From Octopus sinensis (lineage: Eukaryota), in assembly GCF_006345805.1 (NCBI RefSeq), contig NC_043011.1, forward strand, positions 20,224,464-20,288,463: DNA of 64,000 bases, given 5' to 3'. Below, in pieces: positions 13,001-26,612 of this stretch. Under the pieces are notes generated by a model that saw only the letters and a program-made list of their open reading frames with translations, had not been told where the DNA came from and did no database searches. The translations under genes were made by a program, and so were the position numbers. The stretch's first letter is position 1; every line of letters starts with the position of its first letter.

Positions 13001-13379
13001 CCTCCATGTCAGCTAACATTTTTTTAACTACAAATTTAATCCTCCGATACTGTTCACCCAAAAACGCACGACAGGGACCTGAAAATGCATACTCAAAACG
13101 AAAATCACAGATAAATACAAAATTCAATGAATGGATACGTTGGACATGCACTACACAATGAGCAACATCCTGAATACATCGAATTAGATTCACAAGGTTA
13201 AGATCGAACCCAAAAATATTATTCTCAAAATTCCTACCACAAAATGGTGGACATAGATGTTAACGACCTCTTTAGTGTATGCAGATCATAAAACTTACAA
13301 ATATAAACAACTTTCACAAGCTTAGCAGTGTTTTGGGGCCATAAATTCTTTAGAAGACAAATTTACCGATAAAACAAGG

Positions 13380-13810
13380 AAATTATGAAAGATAAACAAA
13401 ATCGGTATTTCTCCATAGCATCATAAAATGATACTAAAAGCCGAGAGAAACATATATAATGATATCATTACAAAGGCGGAATCTACACAGGAAAACAGGA
13501 AGAAAGCCACGACTAACAAAAATATCTCACAAAATATGTTACACACATTACATTCAATGACCGTAAAAACAACTTCGCCCACTTGCTCCTAATCTTGCAA
13601 ATTGCGTCTCAGGAGTAGTTAGTAAGGAAATCATAGACAAAGTAAACAAAGGAATCACACATTCCACAAATATAAAGCTATGGAACATCACTGCAGCCAT
13701 CAATAAATAGTTCATTGCTCTCAAAGAAAGAATAGTTTGGAGACACATACAATTGGGCATCAATGAGTCGAGTGCGTCTGTCATTAAAGAACTCCTCATA
13801 AAACTTATTG
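13380..13810 (+). pseudogene. Penelope-like element reverse transcriptase relic
   Basis: HITFNDRKNNFA.../VSKEIIDKVNKGITHSTNIKLWNITAAINK*FIALKERIVWRHIQLGINESSASVIKELL aligns by eye with PLE RT ITLKDHK.NF...SK.ILD.IN..I......QWKNT..VI.WF......FIQFDI..FYPSI...LL. Confidence 0.7.
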
Positions 13811-13924
13811 TGATTCTTAGAGCACGTTTCCATTTCCATTATTTTAGACACAGCAACGAGAAAATCTGAGAAATATCAATAACCTGACACATAAAGACAT
13901 GATATACATATATACATTCATATA

Positions 13925-14050
13925 TAACGCTCAGGAATAGAAAAAGTCTTTTACGTTTCGAGCCTACGCTCTTCTACAGTAAGGGACACAAAAAAACAAG
14001 GAGAGAAAAAAGGAGAGAAAAAATGTGTGTAGTGACTAACGATCTATCAT
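13925..14050 (-). mobile_element. Hammerhead-bearing element family A, copy 3 (3'-truncated)
   Basis: Minus 13948-13983 contains CUGUAGA-A-GAGC-GUAG-GCUC-GAAAC-GUA-AAAG. Confidence 0.75.
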
Positions 14051-14339
14051 GGCGCCGCTTTTCTTTTGTTTTCTTCTTTTTTTTAATATATATACATGTC
14101 TGTGAGAGTATATGTATATCATTTTAGAAAGACCTTCAAGCCGTCTCACTTGTCTACGAAAGTCTCCAAAATTTAGAAGTATCTCCCCGTGTGTCATTAC
14201 CGCTTGTGTGCGTGTGTGTGTGTGCTTGCGTGCGTGTGTGTGTGTACGGAATGACTATATCCTGAATAACACTACTGAGAATAACAGAAATAATTATTAG
14301 TAATAATAACAACAATAACAAACACAATAATGAGGAAGA

Positions 14340-14730
14340 TATGAAAACAAATACCACAGGCAAACTGGTTGCATATAATAATATGTAAAACATGCAGTTT
14401 CAGAGGTAAGAAAGAATGTGCTTTGGCAGTATAAGCATTTACGTACAAAAGGCAACAAGCGACACATTCAAAAGCCGGTGAAGGGACCACGCAGCATCGT
14501 TTTTGAACAAATAGGAAAGGAAATGGCCATCACTGGCAGAGCTTATATGGGGTCTCAAACGGCAAAAATACAATACAGCACTACCTGAAGTGTACTACGG
14601 AAAACAAAACAACGTAACGCATACTCAAAAGTATGTAACCTATATCTGGTAGAGGTTGAAATGATAATATGTAATAATAAAATCATCAACAAGCACTCTG
14701 AGATTATTTTAATAAGTAACCACTAGACTT
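14340..14730 (+). pseudogene. Penelope-like GIY-YIG endonuclease C-terminal relic
   Basis: PSLAELIWGLKRQKY/YSTT*SVLRK...SKVCNLYLVEVEMII....INKHSEI resembles the PLE tail L...IW.LK.....Y.I.W.IL......K.CNLCL.E...I.....NKRSE. Same strand as, and downstream of, the RT relic at 13.4-13.8 kb. Confidence 0.7.
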
Positions 14731-14906
14731 AAAAGCTCACTGCTGGAACTTAGAAAGACTACATCATTCAATGTTATATCAATCCTTTAGTTACTCAAAA
14801 ATGTACCTATAATTTTATGATTATTTCCATTGGCAAGATTATATTGTTGTTTACCTGAACTGTGTGATATAATAATTTGCATGTATCTATAATCATTTAG
14901 TTATAT

Positions 14907-15293
14907 CTCTCTTTTACTCTTTTACTTGTTTCAGTCATTTGAGTGTGGCCGTGCAGGAGCACCACCTTTAGTCAAGCAAATTGACCACAGGACTTATTCT
15001 TTGGAAGCCTAGTACTTATACTATCAGTCTCTTTTGCCGAACCGCTAATGTTGCGGGGACGTAAACACACAGCATCGGTCTGTCAAGCGATGTTGGCGGG
15101 GGACAAACACAGACACACAAACACATACACACATACATACATATATATATATACATATATACGACGGGCTTCTTTCAGTTTCTGTCAAGGCTATAGTAGA
15201 AGATACTTGCCCAAGGTACCACGCAGTGGGACTGAACACGGAACTATGTGGTTGGTAAGCAAACTACTTACCACACAGCCATTTCTACGCCTA
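14907..15293 (-). mobile_element. tRNA-derived CORE-type SINE family S1
   Basis: Head aggagtggctgtgtggtaag...ggttcagtcccactgcgtgg, CORE-like ccttgggcaagtgtcttct segment, internal (TA/TG)n and (GAGTAAAA)n tail. Near-identical copies elsewhere in the window. Confidence 0.9.
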
Positions 15294-16273
15294 TTTACAC
15301 AAAAATGTCATTATAATGTTTCAACATCATTACTGGTATGCTTGAATTATATCATTTCTATTGTTTTTCACCTAAATTGTATAATCCTATAAATCATTTT
15401 TGAAGTACAGTTGTTTAGGCGAAGAGGAATGGACTATAGATCAGACTTGTTTACTCTGACGGAATGTTATAGCGTAAGTGTAAAATAGTTTGTAGAGTGA
15501 CATAGATGTATATCCACCAGAGTAAAAATGGCGGTATATTTAGATAGACATACGTAGGTATATACAAATATGTGTACATACGTGTGAAATAGAATAATAT
15601 GTATATGTGTACAAAGGATGCGTGAGAGTGAGTATTGATTTAACCTAATGCTATGACTCGAGAGGAATCATCAATAGTATGCATGCATAACGTATGCATT
15701 CATGTATATGAGTGTCCACGGGTATGAGTGCGTGTATATATGTATGTGTCTAAACAATGCTTGTATATAACCATATAAATGTATGTATACCAGGTGGTGC
15801 TATTAAGTTAGACATGGCCTGGGCCAATAATGGTCGAAACCTATCAAAGTATCAAAGTATACCGGGTATGTCGGTGACAGTATATGTGTGTGTGATAGAG
15901 AGTATGTGTGTGTGTATTAAGATACACTTATTTCTATACACCAAGTAAATGAACGTGTGTGTGGGTGTCTGTAGGGGAGCGGGCAAATAAATTCTTCTTG
16001 TGTGACAGCATTTATTTATGACACATTGAACGAATCTGTTGGTAACCAAGGATAGCAGATAAAGTTTACGAGCAGAATATCCCGCTGGGCTAATAAGTTG
16101 AGTAAGCATCCTTTGAAGTAAAGCGCTTACAGACAAAAGAAACAAGGATCCCATTTTTGCTTATATGTTGATCCTTAGAAATGTTTTAGCCCGAAGGCCG
16201 CGGCCATGCTGGGGCACCGCCCCAACATTATTATTTTAGAATGTTAATCTAAGTTCATAAAAGGTGAGAGATA

Positions 16274-16690
16274 CTCTCTTTACTCTTACTCTTTTACTTG
16301 CTTCAGGAACTTGATTGCGGCCATACTGGAGCACCGCCTTTAGTCGAGCAAATCCACCCCATGACTTATTCTTTGTAAGCCGAGTACTTATTCTATCGGT
16401 TTCTTTTGCCGAACCACTAAGTTACGGGGACGTAAACGCACCAGCATCGGTTGTCAAGCGATGTTGGGCGGGGTAACAAACACAGACACACAAACATATA
16501 CACACATACATATATATACATATATACGACGGTCTTTCAGTTTCCGTCTACCAACTCCACTCACAAGGCTTTGGTCGGCGCGAGGTTATAGTAGAAGACA
16601 CTTGCCCAAGATGCCACTGAGTGGGACTGAACCCGGAATCATGTGGTTGGTAAGCAAAACGTCTTACTACACAGCCACTACTGTGCCTAT
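16274..16690 (-). mobile_element. SINE family S1
   Basis: Full-length similarity to 14907-15293. Confidence 0.9.
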
Positions 16691-17020
16691 TCTTTAAAAT
16701 AAACAGGCTATTTATGTTAAAGAAAAGACGGAATTTGCGGTTATGTTAATCTATATTTGATACTTTTGATTTTTTTTTCCTTAATTGATTTTGTTGTATT
16801 TATTTTATAATTTACATTTTTCATTTTCACTTCTATTTATGTATTTGATATTTTTTATTACTTCTGCACGTTTGAAATCACGTGTCGCACTTCTCAAGGA
16901 AATGCAAAAAATAGAAAATGGGTACAAAACAATGGAAATTTAAAGTGAACCAGCGGTGCTCTCGAAGCCACTCACCTGATGACGTACCAATGCACAGCTA
17001 ATTGTTGAGTCATATTTATA

Positions 17021-17425
17021 TACTCTTTTACTCTTTTACTTGTTTCAGTCATTTGACTGTGGCCATGCTGGAGCACCGCCTTTAGTCGAGCAAATCGACC
17101 CTGGGACTTATTCTTTGTAAGCCCAGTACTTATTCTATCGGTCTCTTTTGCCAAACCGCTAAGTTACGGGGACGTAAACACACCAGCATCGGTTGTCAAG
17201 CAATGCTAGGGGGATAAACACAAATACACACACATACATATACATATATATACATATATACGACAGGCTTCTTTCAGTTTCCGTCTACCAAATCCACTCA
17301 CAAAGCATTGGTCGGCCCGGGGCTATAGCAGAAGACGCTTGCGCAAGGTGCCACGCAGTGGGACTGAACCCGGAACCATGTGGCTGGTTAGCAAGCTACT
17401 TACCACACAGCCACTCCTGCGCCTA
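17021..17425 (-). mobile_element. SINE family S1
   Basis: Full-length similarity to the other S1 copies. Confidence 0.9.
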
Positions 17426-17989
17426 TATATATATTTATATAATAATATTCACAATATGGAGAACATAGCAACAAACAGTTGTCCCTAATGCACGGTAGCA
17501 ATCGTTATGATTTCGATTAAAACCTGTTTATTCCGTCTTATTGTATTATAAATTATTTGGATTTCCACATTGCATTTCCAATAAAAAGTGTATTCCTGGT
17601 GTTTGACGTCATATAGTACACTATTACCACAAAGGAGCTTTGAAATGCACGTTATAAAATTATTTCCCGGATGATGTTGAATATAGCCTTGTGCGTTTAT
17701 TGAAATTCAAGATTCCGAAACAGTCAAAAATATATAAAGAAATATATATTTATTACAAGGGAATTTGTGCAGATATCAAAAATTGTGAAGAATATTATTG
17801 ACCGCGGATACAGACGCACATACACTCACGACCGCATACAGCAGCATATCCGTACAGTAGCAAATCTATACAGCTGTGTCACTTGAATAACCATATTATA
17901 CCGCTTTGTTTAGTAATTCATACTCAAGCATCTAGACCCACACGCTCGCATTCAGTTCCGCATGCATATACGAGCAAACATAGACACAC

Positions 17990-18008
17990 ATATGAACACA
18001 TGTGCAAT

Positions 18009-18046
<38 letters not shown>

Positions 18047-18123
18047 AACATAGATATACATATACATATGTAAATATGTGTATAATCATAGATAAGATAT
18101 ATATGTATACACATGTATAAGTA

Positions 18124-18158
<35 letters not shown>

Positions 18159-18312
18159 GTATATATATGAATGATATGCTAGTGGACGTAATGTAATGTA
18201 CATCAATCTTACAAATATGTATGTGTATGTGTGTGTCTGTATGTATATGTGCATGCATACATTCTGTACGAGTATATACATGCGTGTACATATATAATAT
18301 ATATATATATGC

Positions 18313-18365
<53 letters not shown>

Positions 18366-18424
18366 CATATTTATATATGTACATATATGAATATGTGTAA
18401 TGTATATGTATATATATATATATG

Positions 18425-18490
<66 letters not shown>

Positions 18491-18575
18491 CATTTGTATG
18501 TATATATATGCATGTATGTATGTATGTATGTATGTATGTATGTATGTGTATATGTGTGTGTATTTATGTATGTAT
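17990..18575. repeat. (TA)n/(TG)n/(TATG)n compound microsatellite
   Basis: Directly visible. Confidence 0.95.
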
Positions 18576-19618
18576 AATAGCCATGTCGGCGTCATGTACA
18601 CTCTTAAACTAGACAACTAACTTCCTTTATGGTATCGAACACTACACTAATTTCCTTATATGTTTCAATGAAAAGAAATGGAATATTTGCTGAAATATAA
18701 GAATGTAATTTTCTGTTTATAATGGAGTCTTTGAACGCCAAGTTTCTAATCGAAAATGACGAAGTAGAAATAACATGCGCAAATTGTGTCGTTCGCTGCA
18801 ATGATGTACACAATGTGATGGATATTAAGTGTAATATTGTGAAAGACAAAAATTAGAATCCTCTACTGGATAAAAGATTGTGTGTAGTAAATAAGGTAGT
18901 TATAAAAGTAAGTATAGCAAATGTAATATGAAAAATAAGGAATCCGTTAAAATTCGTCAGAAAATAAACGCTGAAAAGAAAAAAAAAAAGAATTTCTAAT
19001 AATTACAAACTAAAGTGAATGGAAATATTTTGCAATGCATTAACTGTGACATTTCGCATGTGTATATATGTTGTATATAGTCGTGTATGAATAATATGCA
19101 ACACACTTCAGGTACATACGTAAGCAAGTTTTTGTATGTGTATGTGTGTGTTTATTGCGATAGTGTCGTTTGTGTGATACCATACATATACTGTCCACGA
19201 ATAAGAAAACTCAATCTTACGCGGAGAGTAAGGTTTAATTCTAATATAAACTGCCAGAAATTTTTTTCCTCGAGTTTTCAAACAGTATTGCTTCCCTCTG
19301 TGCTTCGTTTTTTTGCCTATTTATAGTTAATGGGATTTTCGCTGACGTATATACCGTGTCAGTTTAGCCTGCTACTACTGACTGGGTTTTAAGTTGCTGT
19401 AGGCACTTTGTTGTTGTTTATTAAATGGTAAATTCGAGTGTGTTTGTGTGTTTGTGATCATGTTAGCCTGTAAGGGTGAGCAACAGCATGCGGTGATAAA
19501 CAGGGATAGAGAGACAGGTATTTAAGAATAGATGCATGATTGTGACACAAAGGTAAAATGTTAATATAGATCTGGCAATAACTGTTCCCTCTGGTATAAC
19601 ACATATGTATTTATATAT

Positions 19619-19848
19619 TTTTTTACTACCCACAAGGGGCTAAACACAGAGGGGACAAACAAGGACAGACAAGTGGATTAAGTCGATTACATCGACCCCA
19701 GTGCGTAACTGGTACTTAATTTATCGACCCCGAAAGGATGAAAGGCAAAGTCGACCTCGGCGGAATTTGAACCCAGAACGTAACGGCAGACGAAATACGG
19801 CTACTCATTTCGCCCGGCGTGCTAACGTTTCTGCCAAGCTCGCCGCCG
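19619..19848 (-). mobile_element. SINE family S2, full length
   Basis: Reverse complement of the unit at 1398-1630. Confidence 0.9.
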
Positions 19849-20189
19849 TACAAATATGTATTTATATACATGTTAATTCCTTTACTGAGACGCATTTCAT
19901 TCTATTAATGATGGTGTCTGTGAATATTGGTATGTGTTGTGACAATGCAATTAACTGTGTGTATACATGATTATGTTGTTTGCGTATGCATGTTTATACG
20001 AAAATATACATGCCGTTCATGTATGTATTTTTTATACGTAACTATTTTGGCTAGCTTTTCATTACCAAACTGCATCATGTCGTTGTCGTTAGCACATTCT
20101 CAATTCGCTGGCGAAAATTATTATTTGTCTACCGTATCTGTCAAGGAAGTTGGATAAAGCCTTGTTTCCAATACGGCAATTCTGTTCTC

Positions 20190-20610
20190 GGATCTTTTCG
20201 GTTTGAACGGCAGTTTTTAACATAATTTCTAGGTAACTAAAAAATTTTAAACTTCGTATACTGGTAGAATGTGTTTATAAAACATCGTTTTCTCTTGGCT
20301 TTATTGAGAAAATTCTATGGTTTGTAAGATATTTGTTGTTGTTTTTTCTTCAATTTCTGCAATTTCAACCAATCAATGACGTCTATTGAGGTAAAAAAAA
20401 AACATTCTATGCCGTATGACTATGTCCCTCGTTTAAGAAACAGATTGGGTTTATTTACATTTGTGAAGAAAAAAGATACCCTTCCCCCCACCCCTAATCC
20501 TAACCCTAAAACAGATTGAAATGCAATAGATCGATACTAGGGTCATAATTATAGGTGATAATTTCATATGACACTGCTAGAAAAAACTGCTGTTCAAACC
20601 GAAAAGATCC
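20190..20610. mobile_element. MITE with 5'-GG TIRs and ~8-bp TSD (Merlin-like)
   Basis: TIRs GGATCTTTTCGGTTTGAACGGCAGTTTTT / AAAAAACTGCTGTTCAAACCGAAAAGATCC; flanks ctgttctc / ttgttctc (7/8). Second copy at 40717-41133. The superfamily is inferred from GG termini plus an 8-bp TSD. Confidence 0.8.
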
Positions 20611-21799
20611 TTGTTCTCCTTACAAACGCTCGTCAGTCTGAAATTGTCCATTCTGTACTCTGGTATTTACATTTCAGTATATAGTCGTGTAGATACTTAC
20701 ACTAGTTAGATAATACAGAATATTTTCCCTCCCCACCCAAAATAAACAATATATGTGTGTATGTATGCATCCATGCATGTATATATATGTTGTTTAGCGT
20801 GAGCGCATGTTATCAGAAACTCGATCATGCTCCATTAGCTTTCTACAAGCATTTTATTGCTGATTTCCCAAAATTTCTTTCATGCACAATTTGAAACAGT
20901 AAATTTCTCTGATTTGGATGTTCCAAGTAATTCCTTAATTCTCATCTTTGCTATAAAAAATATACACCAGTATCGCTGGTGTTTCTAGTTTGTGCCTTTG
21001 AGTTTGGCGAAAATTTTGAAAACATTTCCTTATTTCTTATTACTGAACACTTCATCGTCGACATCAGATTAATTCTGCAATCATATAGTTTGGCATGATG
21101 CCTGTTATTTATATGTGGTCATGATACTCTACCTGTAGACTATATATCTCACAATTGTTATATTTTCTATGATTTCCCTGCAAGTTTGAATGTGACTGGT
21201 CAATCGTAGATTACGTCTAGTATTTCTGTCTAATGTAACATTTATATCCATAACGTTTGATACATTCCTAAGTAGTACCACGAACAAAATAAAGATTGCA
21301 TAATACGTTAATAAGGCAAAAATGTACTATTTTATGAGCAGAGTTGATTAATTTCATTCTATTCAGTGTTCTTCGTCTGTTACATTAATATGCAGTCAGG
21401 CAAAAAGTATTTCCGTGATGCATTCAGATATAATATCTGTTTGCTTAAAGTTATGTTTTGTTGGGTCCTGCGTAACATACCTCCTTAGTGCATAGTTTAC
21501 ACTGCCTTACTCTGATTATATGGATGGTAGTATGTTCGATGATTGAACATGCAATAACGAAATGTTCAACTCATCTATTTTTCCGTTTTCTTATTTCTAT
21601 ATATATTTGGGCAACGTTTTTCTTACCCTAATTCCAAGAAGAAAATTTAGAGTGTAAAAAAAACAGTTATTTAATTTGTCTTAGAAAACAATTATATAAT
21701 GTTATTCGTATATCTCTTGTATTACTAACTATTAATTGAATAGAATACCTAAGCAAAAGAGATCTATACATCACCATAAAAAACCCGCAACGTAAATCT

Positions 21800-22215
21800 T
21801 ATAGTAAGTGTTAAATGTGATACATTCTGCAAAGAATGAAGTTGATGTAGTTAATAAATACATTCTAAGCAAGAAGCGAAAATGGAAACTAAACACAAGT
21901 CTGCAACAGTAGAATTACAAAGATGCTGTAGCTGACTGGTTCAATAGTGTCAAAAGCAATAACAGATGCAAATTCACTTAATTCCAAGACGTAAATTACT
22001 GTCGGTTTATTTCAATTCGTCTTTTATCAATAGACCGGAACACTAAAGGAGATGCATTATCAGTGGCAATGATGTCGAAATATTAATACATGCTAAAATG
22101 TACCTGCTTTTCAATGGCAGTTCCACATGAGTGTTAACCAAGAATGATCAAAGTGATGTCTGCTTTGGAAGCTACGATGAAGTCGAGGTGTGTTAGCTGC
22201 TAGATTGTACATACT
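21800..22215 (+). pseudogene. Penelope-like element reverse transcriptase relic
   Basis: IHSAKNEVDVVNKYIL...SLQQ*NYKDAVADWFNSVKSNNRCKFT*F.../DVEILIHAKMYLLFNGSST*V.....DVCFGSYDEVEVC*L matches PLE RT ...DVTMGSYDGAEVCEL. Confidence 0.8.
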
Positions 22216-22450
22216 AAACGCACTAACATAAAATTCAAAACTATAAACATAACTCTTATAGAGATTGTAGTCTTACAGTCATCCTATGCCATAAAGATGA
22301 AGATACACTCAATATATATGTAACCATGTATGTATTTATGTATCTGCATATATGTATGTATATATACATATATATATGTATGTGTGTGTATGAATATAAA
22401 TATTATGTATGTATGTATGTATGTACGTATATATGTATGTATATATATAA

Positions 22451-22493
<43 letters not shown>

Positions 22494-22603
22494 TGTAATA
22501 TCAGACATTGAGAATGAGTGCTCAATACCGCATTACTGGATAAATATTACTCATTTGTGGATTAACAAGGCCACCGTTTGTTTCATGTGAAGAGGAATTT
22601 CTT

Positions 22604-22803
22604 AACAATTATCAAGCCTAACACATGGGGATGTTGGTACTTGTATTCGTTTTGGATGAGAATACACGAAGTTACACCAAACTGTACATGATATGCATAA
22701 TTGTAGATCCCGAAATCCTGTACAAACTCGTGTAATTTCGTATATTCTCATCCAAACTGGAGACGAATGCGAACGTACCCATGTAGCAAGCTTGATAATT
22801 GTT
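22604..22803. repeat. Decayed fold-back (MITE-like) inverted repeat
   Basis: Arms share aacaattatcaagc, acatggg and gtttggatgagaatanacgaanttacac...tgtaca in inverted orientation. Confidence 0.6.
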
Positions 22804-22888
22804 TACAGATTCCTGTTTATATGAAGTTGCCTTTTTAATCAACAAATAAAGTATATCATATAAGTTTGTGTGTGTATATATATGTATA

Positions 22889-22990
22889 TCACCGTGATCA
22901 CTGTGACCGACCAGGTTATCAGATGTTGCTACACATCGCTAGTCACAATGCGCTTCGCATTGTTTTAGCCTTCAAATGACGCCACCCCGC
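22889..22990 (-). mobile_element. 3' fragment of SINE family S3
   Basis: Reverse complement of the 3' ~100 bp of 23678-23990. Confidence 0.75.
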
Positions 22991-23677
22991 TATATATATA
23001 TATATTTATACAATCATACATATACATATATATATATGTTTTTCTTAAGAGAAAATATATTTTCATATAAATTAAACATTGTATCATGAATAGCGATTGC
23101 GAAACCGGTCGATACATTAAAAATTATACTATAACCATGTAAGTGTGCGTATTTTCCTTTTTTATTTTATATATATATATAATATATATATATATAATAT
23201 ATATATATATATACACAAATTCTCCCGTGTTTAATCTATAACACACGTAATTATCATTTCACATAACTACATCTAATTAAATAGAGCTCAAGTAAAGCAT
23301 CGCCCGATAAAGTCAAAGAAGCCGAAACTTCGAAGTCACTGTCAACTTTTCTCAGTAAATGTTTAGTACATAATATATCTATATGCATGCGTGTGTAATT
23401 ACGTACAATGTGTGTACGAATGTTTGTACGTATGAAAGATCAATTAGCGCTTTCAATAACTGTTCTTTACAGTATATGTTTCAACAGTGTAAAAATAGGT
23501 AGCTTACTAGATTAAGAGATTAGTATATATCCGAAAAGTCGAATGAGAGGATTGTATGCGTACTGATTCACACAATCCACCTCTAGTACAAATTTGTAAT
23601 GTAGTTAACGATATAAGCAGTATAATTGTTCTCCTGGGATATGCGACAAAAAAATATTCAGTATATCATCCATTATG

Positions 23678-23990
23678 TGGAGGCGCAATGGCCTAGTGGT
23701 TAGAGCAGCGGACTCGTGGTCGTAGGATCACTGTTTCGATTCCCAGACCGGGCGTTGTGACTGTTTATTGAACGAAAAGATCTAAAGCTTCAGGAGGCTC
23801 TGGCAGGGGTTGGTGATGATCCCTGCTGTACTCTTTCGCCACAGCTTTCTCTCACGCTTTCTTCTGTTGGCCTGCTCGCTTAGCCAGTGGGGTGGCGTTA
23901 TTTGAAGGCTAAAACAATGAGAAGCGCATTGTGACCAGTGATGTGTAGCAACACCTGATAGCCTGGTCGGTCACGGTGATCATGGTGATA
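23678..23990 (+). mobile_element. tRNA-derived SINE family S3
   Basis: Head ggcgcaatggcctagtggttagagcagcggactc...gtttcgattcccagacc (A and B boxes) followed by a non-tRNA body. Confidence 0.75.
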
Positions 23991-24157
23991 TCATCCATTA
24001 CTACAATAATATATCTGAAAAATACAGCTTCAAAAATTTCGCTTCCCAGTCATCTACAGTGTCATCTACACTAAACTGGTCTTCATCAAAATCATAGAAT
24101 CGAATACAGTGAAAAATGTCTAAATTATAAATGCACAGTTTTGCATGAGTATTATAT

Positions 24158-24381
24158 ATTTCTTTACTACCCACAAGTGGCTAAACACAGAGGGGGAAAA
24201 CAAGGACAGACAAGCGGATTAAGTCGATTATATCCACCCCAGTGCGTAACTGGTACTTAATTTATCGACCCCGAAAGGATGAAAGGCAAAGTCGACCTCG
24301 GCGGAATTTGAACTCAGAACGTAACGACAGACGAAATACGGCTACGGATTTCGCCCGGCGTGCTAACGTTTCTGCCAGCTG
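24158..24381 (-). mobile_element. SINE family S2
   Basis: Near-identical to 19619-19848. Confidence 0.9.
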
Positions 24382-26133
24382 ACAGAACTACATCACGCTC
24401 GGCTACTGTTGTTGCTGTATGAGAATTTTCTGCGGCATAATAATGAGCAAGTCCTTGATAAGCAACCAGAATAACATTCTAATAGTAGAATGTAACAGCG
24501 GGAATAAGGACAGGTGACCTTTTTACGACAAATAATGAGGCAAAATTTCTATTTACTAAATATGAGGATAATGTTTAAATAAGTGGCGTGACGGCGAATG
24601 ATTTGTTATCAGTAATGTGCAACTGCAGATTCAAAAGGATGATTTCGAACCTCATTGAAAAGTTTTATTTTCTCTCATTTGCCGCACTAGATGCAACAAA
24701 CTAACCACTAATATACTAATAAGAAAGAAGTGTAATTGCTTCCACCAAATACATTCTATCTTCTGTAAAGTTGTATTACATTGTTTCCGGAATTACTAAT
24801 CATCTTGTGATGACTATTTTGAAATCTAATACAACTGATCAAACAGCCGAGAGGTGGAAGTAAAATTGGCATGTGATCAAGCTCGGAACAAATGCAGACC
24901 TTTGTCATGTACTGTTCATTCAATACGAAGCAGCGAGTTTAGTAAAGCGAAAAGTAGTTTGTTTAGATTGTCACTTGCATAAGTAAAGCTCACGACTGCT
25001 ATTATATGAAGAGTGAGTTATAAATTTACTTCCTTTTACTAAACTATAAATGGTAATCATTTCTATATGGAAACAAACAAGAATTCGGTAAAAATAAATG
25101 GTGGGATAATTGTGATTGTTCTTATAAATTATCAGCGGCTGACACTCGCTGACGACACATCGAAGGGGCCAGGGAACAGAAGAAAGAAGACATGCACCCA
25201 ACACCAGAGCTGAAGACACCTCCGAAAGGGGGGGGGGCACGTCAAAACGGTAGAGGAGTAGGGGCCGAAACCGGACGTGGTTCCTCTTGATGATGATGTC
25301 TTGAGCTAACTGGATCCTATAAAGGAGCTGTTGTGGTAGCAGACCACGAAACACGGTTGTAATTCCTCCTGTATATCTTGGAGAGGCCATCCTAGCTGAA
25401 ATTTTAATACGTTAAGGGGATAAACGTCAAAGGATATGATTCCCTCACTATTCTCATTACTGTGCTGCTCTTAGGCATGTCACCTACATACGGCTATGTG
25501 AACTAGAGTATTTCAGAAATAAATGTCTTGGTCATAACTATAAGATAACATTATCAATGAATACAAACAATCAACTAGAACCTAGTTTGTCAACTACCAA
25601 GCTAGTCGCGGATCTTACCAAAAGGTAGAAACCGGCAAAATTTAGAAAATATTTCATATCATTCTGTTCCATCGGAAAGGATCATATAGGTAGTAGCTTC
25701 CCGCTTCATTTAAATTAAAATTCAAAAGGAAATTTGATCAAATTTCCAAACGTCCCTAACAGACCTTTAGGTTGCTATGATACGTCTGAAAATGGTGTAT
25801 TAATATGACATATATTGCATTCAATAGTTCTATTGAATTCTTCTTTGATTGAGAGAACCTGAGGTAAAAAAGAAAAACATTGAAAGAACTGTGAAAGTGA
25901 ATATGAAAGGCAAAATGAACGATACCCATCATGCATCACACCTCTAGACTCGAAATCACATACCAATGCATTTAATAATAAAAGTAATGATTTTTTCTCC
26001 CTTTTACAGTTTCGATTTATGTCTTCAAATGTTTTTTTTATATATTTATTTTTCGTTTAGGTTTGTGGTTTCATTTTTTTGCTCTTTTTCTGTGTTTTCA
26101 TTTACGTTTATCATTGATCCGTGGAGCAGAACG

Positions 26134-26175
<42 letters not shown>

Positions 26176-26221
26176 ATATATGTTTATATATTTGCGTTCT
26201 GCTCCATGTATATATATAATA

Positions 26222-26265
<44 letters not shown>

Positions 26266-26542
26266 ATATATATCATATATATATATATATATCATATATA
26301 TAATATATATATATATATAATATATATATTATATATATATATATACATATATATAAAATCAGAGAAGTATTCTCTATTCCCAAGCAACATAAAACTTATG
26401 AGTAATTCTTGTATTCTTCCATATATTTATTTTCAGCCACTAGTTTTCTTTTTCATTTCAATATCCTCGAATGTTCTATAAGAGAGAGTATATGCAAGTG
26501 TATATGAGCGTGTATAAGTATGTTATGTCCGTATGTGTGCCT

Positions 26543-26612
<70 letters not shown>

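Noticed and set aside
23300-23345. GAAAC-UUCGAA-GUC with palindromic stem III
   Set aside because: Upstream core (ccgataa), stem I and stem II do not match; at best a heavily decayed relic.
24480-24960. Possible hAT dimerisation-domain relic (ASSAANER) on the minus strand
   Set aside because: Too short and interrupted to distinguish from chance.
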